Numbered from the stretch's first letter, positions 8,328 through 18,917 are shown. The stretch: DNA of 64,000 nucleotides from an uncultured Erysipelotrichia bacterium (GCA_964593055.1 CAZQIG010000001.1:13527-77526), one strand, 5' to 3'. The notes: generated by a model from the sequence alone, not told the origin. Program-made: numbers and translations.

Positions 8328-9104
8328 TTATGAAGTAAAATACGTAATGAAAAACATTACAATTAACATTAATCCCGCTACACGCTTGGCAAATGATAAC
8401 TCCGCACTAGCGATAAATGTTGCTGAAATTTTTGCTGAAATAATTGCAAAAATACCTGTAACAGTAAAAATAACATACGGAATTTCTCCCATTACATAAA
8501 AATGTGAAACAGCTCCAAAAAGAGCAGTAAATGTCATAATAAAGACACTCGTTCCTACAGCACGCTTCAAATCATAGCCTAATACAACTAATAATACTAG
8601 CAAGATAATCATTCCACCACCTGCACCGATAAAACCGCAGACAATACCAATTACCAATCCTAAAACTATTTTCACTAAATTTTCATGCTCTTGCATCAAT
8701 TTAGAATTTGATTTTTCACGCGTCTTTTCAACTTTTGCACGCAGTAAGAAATTCAATCCAATAATCAGTGTAATCCACATACTTACCGCACCTAGGTTAC
8801 TTGAATCTAATAGACCAGATAAAACTGTTCCAAAAATTGCACCAATTGCTGCTGAAACAACTAGCAACACTGCATTTTTAACATCAACATATCCTAGTTT
8901 AGTATATGTGATAGTACTAACACCTGATGCAAAAACATCAGTTGCAAGCGCTATAGAAATTGCAACATACGGATCCATCTTTAAGATTGAAACAAACAAT
9001 GGTGTAATAACTAAAGCTGCACTCCCTCCTACAAGACCTGTGACAATCCCAGCACCAATACCACCTACAATAACTACTAATAATTCTACAAAAGTAATGT
9101 CCAT
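8328..9104 (-). CDS. TauE/SafE (DUF81) family sulfite/anion exporter-like membrane protein
   Basis: A 258-aa protein with a duplicated 4-TM architecture and Gly-rich TM helices. The RBS is AAGAGGTGAG, and the gene has its own terminator at 8290..8325. Confidence 0.7.
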   Translation of the reverse strand: MDITFVELLVVIVGGIGAGIVTGLVGGSAALVITPLFVSILKMDPYVAISIALATDVFASGVSTITYTKLGYVDVKNAVLLVVSAAIGAIFGTVLSGLLDSSNLGAVSMWITLIIGLNFLLRAKVEKTREKSNSKLMQEHENLVKIVLGLVIGIVCGFIGAGGGMIILLVLLVVLGYDLKRAVGTSVFIMTFTALFGAVSHFYVMGEIPYVIFTVTGIFAIISAKISATFIASAELSFAKRVAGLMLIVMFFITYFTS

Positions 9105-9163
9105 ATTCTCACCTCTTAATCATACTATCATAATAGTAATAATTAAGCAAACGAGAACCTATC

Positions 9164-9589
9164 TTACATTACAACAAAAGATAAATCTGCTTTAAAAGCA
9201 ATTTCTCCATTAACAGATCCTACTGCTTTTCCTTTACCAATTGCTGATTTCATCGAAACTAATTCTAAAACTATTTCTAAGCAATCACCAGGAATGACTT
9301 TTCTTTTAAACTTAACATTATCAATTCCACGAAAATAACCAATTTTACCTTCATTTTCTTCCATTGCTAATAATACTACTGCACCAATTTGAGCAGCAGC
9401 TTCCACTTGTAAAACTCCAGGCATAACAGGTTCATTAGGAAAATGACCTTTAAAAAACCATGTATCATCTTTTAAGAAAACTCTACCTACAGCTTTCTTT
9501 CCTTCTTCAAGTAACTCCACTTCATCAATTAAAAGCATTTCATAACGATGCGGAATAATATTTTGAATTTCTTTACGGTTATATTTCAT
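9164..9589 (-). CDS. fabZ: 3-hydroxyacyl-ACP dehydratase FabZ
   Basis: Hot-dog fold motifs are present (LPHRYEMLLIDEV; FFKGHFPNEPVMPGVL). The RBS is AAAAGGAGAAG. Confidence 0.9.
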   Translation of the reverse strand: MKYNRKEIQNIIPHRYEMLLIDEVELLEEGKKAVGRVFLKDDTWFFKGHFPNEPVMPGVLQVEAAAQIGAVVLLAMEENEGKIGYFRGIDNVKFKRKVIPGDCLEIVLELVSMKSAIGKGKAVGSVNGEIAFKADLSFVVM

Positions 9590-9660
9590 ATACTTACTTC
9601 TCCTTTTGTAATTTTATTACCTATAAAAGGGAAATTTCACTAAAAATAGTGAAATTATCA

Positions 9661-10899
9661 TTACTTACTATCTACCCATTTTTTTAAAATAATTGTTGCA
9701 TTATGTCCACCAAAACCTAGAGAATTACTCATAGCATAAGTAATATCTTTCTTAATAGCTTTATTTGGCACATAATTTAAATCTAATTGCTCATCTGGCA
9801 CTTTATAGTTAGCTGTTGGTGGAATAATTCCAGACTTTAACGCATTAATACACGCTAAAACTTCAATTGCACCTGCTGCGCCTAGAAGATGACCAGTCAT
9901 TGATTTAGTAGATGAAATTAATAAATCATATGCATAGTCTTGAAAAACTTCTTTGATAGCATTCGTTTCATATAAGTCATTTAAAGGTGTCGACGTACCA
10001 TGAGCATTAAGATAATCAATATCTGTACTTTTCAAACCACTCGTTTCAATCGCTTCTTTCATACAAGCCACTGCCCCGTCTCCTGATGGAGCGGTAATAT
10101 GAAATGCATCACAAGTTGAACCATAACCAACAATCTCTGCATATATTTTAGCATTTCTTTTCAAAGCATGCTCTAAATCTTCAAGAATTAAAACTCCACT
10201 ACCTTCACCAATCACAAAACCACTACGTTCTTTATCAAAAGGAATAGATGCTCTTGTAAAATCTTCATTAGAAGTCAAAGCAGTCATATTTGCAAACCCA
10301 GAAACACCTGAGTGAGTAATGGCAGCTTCTGCTCCTCCACAAATCACCGCATCTGCACGATTTTCTTTAATTAAACGAAATCCTTCAATAATAGAATGCG
10401 TCCCTGCAGCACATGCTGTTGGAATAGCCGTACAATTTCCTTTAGCATTTGCCATTATCGCCACATATCCAGAAGCAATATTACTAATTACTGTTGGAAT
10501 AAATGTTGGTGATACGAAACGCGGTCCTTTATTAAAAAGCTTTAAAACATTATCTTCAATTGTCTGTAAGCCCCCCATACCACTACTTACAACTGTGCCA
10601 AAACGCTCTGGAATAATATTTCCTACAATATTTGCATCATCTAATGCTTGCTTAGCAGCATACATTGCATACTGTGTATATAAATCCATTCTTTTTATTT
10701 CTTTTTTAGCTAAAACATTCGTTGCATCAAAATCTTTAACTTCTGCTGCAATTTTAACTTTATGTTCTGATGTATCAATCTTTGTAATATAACCTATTCC
10801 TACAACCCCATTATTTAAGCTTGTAAAAAAATCATCAATATTGTTTCCTATTGGTGTTACACAACCTAATCCAGTTACTACTACTCTCTTATTCATCAC
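9661..10899 (-). CDS. fabF: Beta-ketoacyl-ACP synthase II
   Basis: A 412-aa protein with the KAS II active-site Cys region (TACAAG) and His/His motifs. Confidence 0.9.
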   Translation of the reverse strand: MMNKRVVVTGLGCVTPIGNNIDDFFTSLNNGVVGIGYITKIDTSEHKVKIAAEVKDFDATNVLAKKEIKRMDLYTQYAMYAAKQALDDANIVGNIIPERFGTVVSSGMGGLQTIEDNVLKLFNKGPRFVSPTFIPTVISNIASGYVAIMANAKGNCTAIPTACAAGTHSIIEGFRLIKENRADAVICGGAEAAITHSGVSGFANMTALTSNEDFTRASIPFDKERSGFVIGEGSGVLILEDLEHALKRNAKIYAEIVGYGSTCDAFHITAPSGDGAVACMKEAIETSGLKSTDIDYLNAHGTSTPLNDLYETNAIKEVFQDYAYDLLISSTKSMTGHLLGAAGAIEVLACINALKSGIIPPTANYKVPDEQLDLNYVPNKAIKKDITYAMSNSLGFGGHNATIILKKWVDSK

Positions 10900-10904
10900 T
10901 TCAC

Positions 10905-11654
10905 CTACATAACCATTCCGCCATCAACCGTAATTGATTGACCTGTAATATAATTTGATAATTCACTTGCTAAAAATAGTGCTGTATTAGCTATATCTTT
11001 TGCCTCACCTAATCTATTCATCGAAATATTATTAAGCATAGCTTCTTTTTGTTCAGTACTCAAAATATCAGTCATTGCTGTTTGAATAAATCCTGGACAA
11101 ATAGCATTGACACGTACATTACGAGGAGCTAGCTCTTTAGCAAGAGATTTAGTTAATCCTAATACACCTGCTTTAGAAGCAGCATAATTAATTTGTCCTG
11201 CATTACCAACTAAGCCAATTACCGATGACATATTAATAATTGAACCATTACGTTGCTTCATCATAATTTTATAAACTTGTCTACACATATTAAATGTGCC
11301 TACCAAATTAACATCAATCACTTTTTTAAAATCTTCTGCACTCATTCTTAAGCCAAGCTTGTCGTTTGTAATCCCCGCATTATTAACTAAAATATCAATT
11401 TTACCAAACTGAGCCACACTTTTTTTTACTATTTGCTCACAAATGTCAAAATTACTAACATCACCTTCAACAAGTAAAACCTCAACACCTAATTTTTCAA
11501 GCTCATTTTTGACTTCCTCTGCCTCTTTTAGTTGTGCACTTGAAAAATAATTTAGTGTAATGTCACAACCATTGCTAGCATATACACGTGCAATCTCTTT
11601 ACCAATTCCACTACTAGCTCCTGTAATAAGTGCATGCTTATTTTTCAACATCAT
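10905..11654 (-). CDS. fabG: 3-oxoacyl-ACP reductase
   Basis: It has the SDR motif TGASSGIG and a YxxxK catalytic pair. Confidence 0.9.
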   Translation of the reverse strand: MMLKNKHALITGASSGIGKEIARVYASNGCDITLNYFSSAQLKEAEEVKNELEKLGVEVLLVEGDVSNFDICEQIVKKSVAQFGKIDILVNNAGITNDKLGLRMSAEDFKKVIDVNLVGTFNMCRQVYKIMMKQRNGSIINMSSVIGLVGNAGQINYAASKAGVLGLTKSLAKELAPRNVRVNAICPGFIQTAMTDILSTEQKEAMLNNISMNRLGEAKDIANTALFLASELSNYITGQSITVDGGMVM

Positions 11655-12564
11655 TCACACCTCCCAAGGTTTTCTCTAAAGATTTCATATCTTCAACATG
11701 ATATATTTTTACATCATATCCTAAATGCTTACTAATAGATTTCACAAAACTACTCAAGGTTTTTTTAGGGCCAAATTCAATAAATGTCGTTGCCCCATCT
11801 GCTAATAATCGACTTACATTATCACAAAATTTCACAGTATTAGTCATTTGCATTTTTAAATTATCTTTTAATGCTTCATCATGATAAGTACCTGTATAAT
11901 TTGACAAAACTAAATTATCGTTTTCAATAATTACTAACTCATCAAGATACTGTTCAAAATTTTCTTTTGCAGAAGTTATTGCCGATGTATGAAAAGCACC
12001 ACTAACATTTAAATTCAACAATCTTTTTGCTTTAGATTGTGCTTTAAATTTATCTAACGCCGTTAAATCACCACCGATGATTATTTGATCAAAAGTATTA
12101 ACATTTGCTATTTCACAAAAACCATCTATTTTTTTAACTTCTTCTTCAACTTCTAAAAGCTTTAACCCTATAACTGCGAGCATTGAACTTTCTACTTCAT
12201 TAGTAGCCTCTTGCATTAATCTTCCTCGTTCTACTAATAAGTCTAATCCATCAATGAAGTTAAATTTTTCTGCAGCCGCTAAAGCAGTATACTCTCCTAA
12301 AGATAAACCTAAATAAGCATCAGCCTTCACTGTTGAATCTACTAATTTAGCTGCCCCATAACTCATCGTATAAATAAGTGCTTGTGCGTATTTTGTCTCA
12401 TTAATCGCTTCATTTTCTTCAAACAACATTTGTTTTAAAGCAAATGGCACCCTACTATCAGCTAAATCCACTATTTCTTTAAAAGTTTCAAAATTATCGT
12501 ACAATTCTTTTCCCATGCCTACATATTGTGAACCTTGTCCACTAAATAAGAATACTGTTTTCAT
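11638..12564 (-). CDS. fabD: Malonyl CoA-ACP transacylase
   Basis: The GQGSQ and GLSLGEY motifs are present. The start was set at MKTVFLFSGQG with RBS AAGGAGAAAGG (the longest ORF extends to 12606). Confidence 0.85.
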   Translation of the reverse strand: MKTVFLFSGQGSQYVGMGKELYDNFETFKEIVDLADSRVPFALKQMLFEENEAINETKYAQALIYTMSYGAAKLVDSTVKADAYLGLSLGEYTALAAAEKFNFIDGLDLLVERGRLMQEATNEVESSMLAVIGLKLLEVEEEVKKIDGFCEIANVNTFDQIIIGGDLTALDKFKAQSKAKRLLNLNVSGAFHTSAITSAKENFEQYLDELVIIENDNLVLSNYTGTYHDEALKDNLKMQMTNTVKFCDNVSRLLADGATTFIEFGPKKTLSSFVKSISKHLGYDVKIYHVEDMKSLEKTLGGVNDVEK

Positions 12565-12578
12565 ACCTTTCTCCTTAA

Positions 12579-13556
12579 TTATATTTGGATTAGGGCTCCA
12601 CCCCAAGTGAGTCCACCACCAAAACCAACTAAAATTACTTTCATACCTTTTTTCAAGCGTTGATCACTAATAGCTTCACTCAACATTAAAGGTATAGAAG
12701 CACTAGATGTATTACCGTATTTTTCAACATTCATTAAAAACTTTTCTAAAGGTACTTTTAATGAATTACTAACACTTTCAATAATTCGACGATTTGCTTG
12801 ATGTGCAACAATATAATCAATATCATCAATTTTAAGCTGCTCTTTTTCTAATAATTCATTAATAGTGTTCTTCATAACCGAAACAGCGAATTTAAAAACT
12901 TTTTGACCACGCATATGAATTCCATGATCAAACTCTTCACCAGCAAAGAAGTGAGAAGAAAAACCAAAAGTATTTACATACAAAACACTCTCTTCTTCAT
13001 CTGGTTTAGATTGTGTATAAAAACGCATAATTTGCGATTCATCACTACTTTCTAAAACAGTAGCTCCTGCACCATCTCCAAAGAGAATCGCTGTTGTGCG
13101 ATCTTGCCAATTCACCATTTTGGAAATAACTTCACTACCAATAACTAAAGCTTTTTGATGCATTTTATTTTCAATCAATGATGTTGCTACTTTTAAAGCG
13201 TAAATAAATCCTGTACAAGCACCATTCAAATCAAATGCTGTAGCAGAACTATTATGTAATTTCTTTTGCACCATTGAAGCAACAGAAGGTGAAGATTTAT
13301 CAGGTGTAAAAGTAGCCACAATAATCAAATCAATTTCTTCTGGCTTAACATTTGCCTGTGACAAAGCTTTAAGAGCTGCTTGATAAGCAAGTTCTGAAGT
13401 ATTCATTCCTTCACTAATACGACGCTGTCTAATACCCGTTCTTTGAAAAATCCACTCATCATCTGTTTCTAAAAATTTTTCTAAATCATTATTAGTAACT
13501 ATTTTGTCAGGTACATAATGCCCATAACCGCTAATTTTTGCTTTATACATATTCAC
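12579..13556 (-). CDS. fabH: Beta-ketoacyl-ACP synthase III
   Basis: It has the KAS III active-site Cys (NGACTGF) and the His/Asn region. Confidence 0.9.
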   Translation of the reverse strand: MNMYKAKISGYGHYVPDKIVTNNDLEKFLETDDEWIFQRTGIRQRRISEGMNTSELAYQAALKALSQANVKPEEIDLIIVATFTPDKSSPSVASMVQKKLHNSSATAFDLNGACTGFIYALKVATSLIENKMHQKALVIGSEVISKMVNWQDRTTAILFGDGAGATVLESSDESQIMRFYTQSKPDEEESVLYVNTFGFSSHFFAGEEFDHGIHMRGQKVFKFAVSVMKNTINELLEKEQLKIDDIDYIVAHQANRRIIESVSNSLKVPLEKFLMNVEKYGNTSSASIPLMLSEAISDQRLKKGMKVILVGFGGGLTWGGALIQI

Positions 13557-14442
13557 CCAACTTTCTAATTTTTTTATATCTTTGATTAATTAGATTTTTC
13601 TTATTCAATTTAGAAAGAATTTCTAAATTATTAACTAACTTAGTTTGTAAATCCTCAAAAACAACTTTTGGATTATTTTGTATTCCACCATATGGCTCTG
13701 CAACAATATCATCAATAATACTTAGCTCTAAAAGCTCAATTGCTGTTAAACGCATAATTTGTGCCGCTTCTGGAGCTTTAGCTGCATCTTTCCACAAAAT
13801 ACTTGCAAACCCTTCAGGAGATAAAATTGAATAAATTGAATATTCTAACATTATTACAACATCGCTTACTGCCAAAGCTAAAGCCCCACCACTACCACCT
13901 TCTCCAATAATTACCGTAATTGTCGGTACTTTTAACTTAGAAAGTTCAAATAAATTTTCAGCAATGGCTTGTGATTGACCACGCTCTTCTGCACCAATAC
14001 CAGGATATGCACCAGGAGTATCAACAAGCATAATAATTGGACGATTAAACTTCTCAGCTTGTTTCATTAAACGTAATGCTTTACGATAACCTTCTGGATG
14101 AACCATCCCAAAGTTTCGATAAAGATTTTCTTCTGTACTACGTCCTTTTTGTTGAGCAATTACCGTTACAGGAGTTCCTGCTAATTTCGCAATACCACCA
14201 ATAATTGCCTTATCATCACGAAAATTTCGATCTCCGGATAATTCAATAAAATCTGTAAATAAATATTCAATATAATCTTTAGCAGTTGGACGATCAGTTA
14301 TTCTTGCTAGTTTAACTTTTTCCCATGCCGTTAATTCTAGTTCACTCATCTCCTCTGTACGATAATTATTTTCTTGCTCTATAAAATTCTCTTCTTTTAA
14401 TTCTGGTTTATCTTCTTTTAATTTTTCCATTTTATCACTCAC
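13543..14442 (-). CDS. accA: Acetyl-CoA carboxylase carboxyltransferase alpha subunit
   Basis: The AccA carboxyltransferase domain is present (ITDRPTAKDYIEYLF...GGSGGALAL). Confidence 0.9.
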   Translation of the reverse strand: MSDKMEKLKEDKPELKEENFIEQENNYRTEEMSELELTAWEKVKLARITDRPTAKDYIEYLFTDFIELSGDRNFRDDKAIIGGIAKLAGTPVTVIAQQKGRSTEENLYRNFGMVHPEGYRKALRLMKQAEKFNRPIIMLVDTPGAYPGIGAEERGQSQAIAENLFELSKLKVPTITVIIGEGGSGGALALAVSDVVIMLEYSIYSILSPEGFASILWKDAAKAPEAAQIMRLTAIELLELSIIDDIVAEPYGGIQNNPKVVFEDLQTKLVNNLEILSKLNKKNLINQRYKKIRKLGEYV

Positions 14443-15298
14443 TATCTTTATGCAACTTCAAAATATTTTTTAAAGTATCACGCATATTTTCACGCTCAAC
14501 AACAATATCAACAAAACCATGATCACGTAAGAATTCTGTTTTTTGAAAACCATCTGGCAAATCTTGACCAATAGTTTGCTTAATAACACGTGGTCCAGCA
14601 AAACCAACTAACGCTTTTTCTTCTCCAACAATAATATCTCCAAGCATTGCAAAAGAAGCACTAACTCCTCCTGTTGTTGGATCAGTCAAAACACTAATGT
14701 ATAGTTGCTTAGCATCACTATGTTTTGCTAAAGCAGCAGATGTCTTAGCCATTTGCATTAAACTTACAATACCTTCTTGCATTCTTGCTCCACCACTAGT
14801 ACTAATTATAATAATAGGTAACTTAGCACTAGTTGCTTTTTCAATAGCACGCGTTATTTTTTCACCAACAACACCTCCCATAGATCCCATCATAAAATAT
14901 GAATCCATTACAGCAAGTACAGTACGAACACCACCAATTTTACAGTATCCGGTAATAACTGCTTCATCTAAATCTGTTTTTTTCTGTAACTTTTCCAATT
15001 TATCTAGATACCCCGGAAAGTTCAAAGGATTATTTAAAGGCATTGTTTTACTAAACTCACGAAAAGTTTTAGGATCAATTAACATATTAATTCTATCTGT
15101 TGCACGCATACGAAAATTATAACCACAATGATAGCATTTATAATAATTTTCTTTAATCTTTTCTAATTGTAGTGTTTTACTACACATATTACACTTCGTA
15201 TACATCCCATCAGGGACATTTGTTTTCGCATTTTGAACAATATTTTTCTTTGGTCGTAAAATTTTAACTTGCCTAGCAATTAATTCTTTAACATCCAT
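14435..15298 (-). CDS. accD: Acetyl-CoA carboxylase carboxyltransferase beta subunit
   Basis: It has the N-terminal Zn ribbon CNMC...CYHC and the AccD carboxyltransferase domain. Confidence 0.9.
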   Translation of the reverse strand: MDVKELIARQVKILRPKKNIVQNAKTNVPDGMYTKCNMCSKTLQLEKIKENYYKCYHCGYNFRMRATDRINMLIDPKTFREFSKTMPLNNPLNFPGYLDKLEKLQKKTDLDEAVITGYCKIGGVRTVLAVMDSYFMMGSMGGVVGEKITRAIEKATSAKLPIIIISTSGGARMQEGIVSLMQMAKTSAALAKHSDAKQLYISVLTDPTTGGVSASFAMLGDIIVGEEKALVGFAGPRVIKQTIGQDLPDGFQKTEFLRDHGFVDIVVERENMRDTLKNILKLHKDSE

Positions 15299-16643
15299 TG
15301 TTCTCCTCCAAAAACTTTTTTAAAAATCCGGTGTTATATGTTCCTTTTTGAAATTCCTCACTCTTTAAAATCAAATTATGTAGACAAATATTATTATGAA
15401 TATCCTCAATAATAAATTCTCCTAAAGCTTGATGCATTACCATAATCGCTTCTTCTCTTGTTTGTCCAAAACAAATTACTTTGGCAATCATCGAATCGTA
15501 ATGGCTAGGAATTTCATAACCTTGATATAACAATGTATCTACTCTAACATTAGGTCCTGCAGGGATATTTAAATGTGTAACAACACCAGGCTTAGGAATA
15601 AATCCTGCTGCAACATCTTCACAATTGATACGACATTCAATCGCATGACCAAAAATTTTAACATCTTCTTGTTTTATATTAAGCTTTTCGCCTGCAGCAA
15701 TACGCAACTGCCAAGAAATTAAATCAACATTAGTAACCATCTCTGTGACTGGATGCTCTACTTGAATACGGGTATTCATCTCAATAAAATAAAAATTATG
15801 ATCAGCATCCATTACAAACTCAATCGTACCAGCATTAACATAATCAACACTCTTCGCTAATTTCGTTGCAACTCTTCCTAATTCTTGTCGCAACTTTTCA
15901 TTGACATACGGTGAAGGAGCTTCTTCAATAACTTTTTGATTTCTTCTTTGTACCGAACAATCACGTTCTCCAAGAGCAATCACATTACCATGTTCATCGG
16001 CTAAAATTTGCACTTCAATATGCTTAGGATCAATAATAAATTTTTCCATGTATAAAGAATCATCTCCAAAAGCATTTTTTGCTTCACTCTTAGCAGCATT
16101 AAACATATTTTCCATTTCTTCTGCACAAGTAACGATGCGCATTCCTCTTCCACCACCACCACTACTAGCTTTAACTAAAACGGGATATCCAATCTCTTCT
16201 GCTAACTCTAAAGCTTCTGGCACACTTTTTAATATGCCCTCGCTTCCAGGAACAACACTTACACCTGCTTTTTGAGCAATCTTTCTAGCTGTAGCTTTAT
16301 CACCCATTTTAGAGATAACTTTTCCTGATGGTCCAATAAACTTTATTCCACATTTTTCGCACAGAGTAGCAAATTCAGCATTTTCACTTAAAAATCCAAA
16401 ACCTGGATGAATTGCTTCTGCTTTTGTAATAACTGCTGCACTAATAATATTTTCCATATTTAAATAACTATCTGCTGATTTTTCTGAACCAACCATAATA
16501 GCTTCATCTGCAAGCATTACATGTAAACTATCTTTATCTGCTTTCGAATAAATAGCAACAGTAGAAATACCCAACTTGTGACATGCTCTAATAATCCTTA
16601 CAGCAATCTCACCACGATTCGCAATTAATATTTTATCAAACAT
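15288..16643 (-). CDS. accC: Biotin carboxylase
   Basis: It starts MFDKILIANRGEIAVRIIRAC and has an ATP-grasp domain. Confidence 0.92.
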   Translation of the reverse strand: MFDKILIANRGEIAVRIIRACHKLGISTVAIYSKADKDSLHVMLADEAIMVGSEKSADSYLNMENIISAAVITKAEAIHPGFGFLSENAEFATLCEKCGIKFIGPSGKVISKMGDKATARKIAQKAGVSVVPGSEGILKSVPEALELAEEIGYPVLVKASSGGGGRGMRIVTCAEEMENMFNAAKSEAKNAFGDDSLYMEKFIIDPKHIEVQILADEHGNVIALGERDCSVQRRNQKVIEEAPSPYVNEKLRQELGRVATKLAKSVDYVNAGTIEFVMDADHNFYFIEMNTRIQVEHPVTEMVTNVDLISWQLRIAAGEKLNIKQEDVKIFGHAIECRINCEDVAAGFIPKPGVVTHLNIPAGPNVRVDTLLYQGYEIPSHYDSMIAKVICFGQTREEAIMVMHQALGEFIIEDIHNNICLHNLILKSEEFQKGTYNTGFLKKFLEENNGC

Positions 16644-16651
16644 CTTCTCAC

Positions 16652-17083
16652 CTACTCAACAATAAATAGTGATTGATCAAATGAAACACCACTCTCATTT
16701 TCTACTAAAATTTCTTTAACTGTTCCATCTACAGTAGAAGAAATTTCGTTCATTACTTTCATTGCTTCTACAATACATAAAACATCCCCCTTTTTAACTT
16801 TATCACCTATTTGCACAAAAGGTTCAGCTTCTGGTGAACTTGCACGATAAAAAGTTCCAACTAATGGGGATTTTATAGACGTTCCAGCTACGATAGTTGT
16901 TTCTTCCTCTTTTGCTTCTGGATGAGTTGCATTATTAACAGTCGTCACTGCCGCTTCTTGTGTATATGTAACATTAACTTCTTTTTTTAAATTCAAATAA
17001 CAATTTTCAGTTTCCATTTCTAAACCTGTTAACTCATACTCTTTAAACATTTCCAGTAATTCTTTTATTTCATTAGCTTTCAT
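16652..17083 (-). CDS. accB: Biotin carboxyl carrier protein
   Basis: It has the C-terminal biotinyl domain with the EAMKVMNEI motif (the AMKM variant). Confidence 0.85.
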   Translation of the reverse strand: MKANEIKELLEMFKEYELTGLEMETENCYLNLKKEVNVTYTQEAAVTTVNNATHPEAKEEETTIVAGTSIKSPLVGTFYRASSPEAEPFVQIGDKVKKGDVLCIVEAMKVMNEISSTVDGTVKEILVENESGVSFDQSLFIVE

Positions 17084-17162
17084 AAATAACCTCCATTAAA
17101 ACTTCATTGATATTATTTTACCATATTTAGGGAATAAAACAAAATTTTGTTTAGACTACTAT

Positions 17163-17973
17163 TTATGACTTTTTTTGAAGTTTTTTTAATTCTTTTGTTA
17201 ACTTTTTGTTTTGCTTCAATTTTCTTTCTATTAAAGGATACACATCTATTTCTTGTACTTTAACTAAATTGATAATTTTATTGTAACTATCAAAAAAATG
17301 ATTAACATGATCATAAGCAGCATTACCAACATACACTTCAAGACGTGTTTTAGTTTTCAAAACTTTATGCTTTGTTATTTTTAAATACTGTAATTCCTTC
17401 AAACTATCAACATGTGTTCCTCCGCACAAACATTTATCAAGACCTTCAATGATTACAAGTCTTATTTCTGTATTATCTTTAAAATGACCTACTTCAAATT
17501 CTTTATCGAATAAACTATCATAAGTTCTTGTCACAACTTTTAAATTCGCTAAAATATAACTATTAATTTCTTTTTCAAAACAATTTAACTGCTCACGATT
17601 ATAAACATCTTCAACATCAATAACAAAATAATCATCACGCATATAAAACGAATTAGATCCTACCCCATATTTTTCAAAAACAGCACTAAGTAAATGTTGA
17701 GCAGTGTGTAATAGGCAATGACGTTTTCTTCTTTTATTATCAACAAGGCAAATAGCTTCACCTGTAATAGGTTCACATACTTCATGCCATATAAATCCAT
17801 TACGATAAAAAACATTTACAACTTCTACGTGATTAATTGTACCTAAATCACATAACTGCCCTCCACTTTCAGGATAAAATGGTGTTTCTTCTAAAATTAC
17901 ATAATGTTTATCTTCAAAAACAAAGCTTTCAACAACCTTGCTCTTTAACGATAATTTATTATTTATAAACATA
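17163..17973 (-). CDS. alaX: Alanyl-tRNA editing protein AlaX-L-like (free-standing AlaRS editing domain)
   Basis: The YPESGGQLCDLG, HTAQHLL and CGGTHV motifs match the AlaRS second additional domain. The start was moved to MFINNK, which has a strong RBS AGGAGG (the longest ORF starts at 18017). Confidence 0.7.
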
Positions 17974-18098
17974 AAACCTCCTCTATTAATTTTACAATCT
18001 TTTGTATTCAAACACAATCACTTTTAAGTTAAGCACACGACTTCATACAAAAACTGCAGTCATTATTACTACAGTTTTCACTATTAGTTACTTGAAAA

Positions 18099-18917
18099 TC
18101 AAACATTAAAAAAAATTTTAGGAATTTCCACATTAATTTTAATTAACTTGTTCGTAAAAGGATGCCTAAATACTAAACGATAAGCATGTAATCCTAATCT
18201 CTTAAACTTTTCACCACCATATTTACAATCACCTAAAACAGGATACCCGCGCTCTTTTAAATGAACACGAATTTGATTTTTACGCCCTGTTGCTAACTTA
18301 ACATCTAATAAACTATACTTACTACCTTGCTTAATTACTTTATAATGTGTAATAGCCTTTTTCCCATCTTGAGCAGAATAAACCATATGCTCTTTATTTT
18401 CTTTTAAATAACTTATAATCGTATCTTCTTTAGGTGTAATCTTAGCGCTAATGAGTGCGACATAACTACGATCAAGTACAAGTTCATTCCATGAATTTTG
18501 CATTACTTGTTGCATTTCAAAACTTTTTGTCACTATAAAAATGCCTGAAGTATCCTTATCCAAACGATGTAGTAAAAAAATTTTAGCATGTTTATTACGA
18601 CTACGACAATAGTTTTCTATTAAATTAAAAGCATTTCTTGCCGGCTTATTGTCAGTTGAAACTGATAATAAACCTGCTGGTTTATTAATTGCTAAAAAGT
18701 CTTCATCTTCATAAATAACATCAATTTCATCAGTACTTCGACTACCTTTTATTTCTACATAATCGCCTTTTTTTAGGACATGATTAAACTGTCGAACAAC
18801 TTTTCCATTTACTAAAACTTGTTCGTATTTCAAAAGTGACTTAATGTTATTACGTGATTTATTTTCTAATTTTTCAAGCAAGAATTTTAATAATTCTGCT
18901 TCTTCTGTTATTCTCAT
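18099..18917 (-). CDS. RluA-family 23S rRNA pseudouridine synthase (RluD/YlyB-like, S4 domain N-terminus)
   Basis: It has an S4-like N-terminus and the HRLDKDTSG catalytic Asp motif. Confidence 0.8.
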   Translation of the reverse strand: MRITEEAELLKFLLEKLENKSRNNIKSLLKYEQVLVNGKVVRQFNHVLKKGDYVEIKGSRSTDEIDVIYEDEDFLAINKPAGLLSVSTDNKPARNAFNLIENYCRSRNKHAKIFLLHRLDKDTSGIFIVTKSFEMQQVMQNSWNELVLDRSYVALISAKITPKEDTIISYLKENKEHMVYSAQDGKKAITHYKVIKQGSKYSLLDVKLATGRKNQIRVHLKERGYPVLGDCKYGGEKFKRLGLHAYRLVFRHPFTNKLIKINVEIPKIFFNV

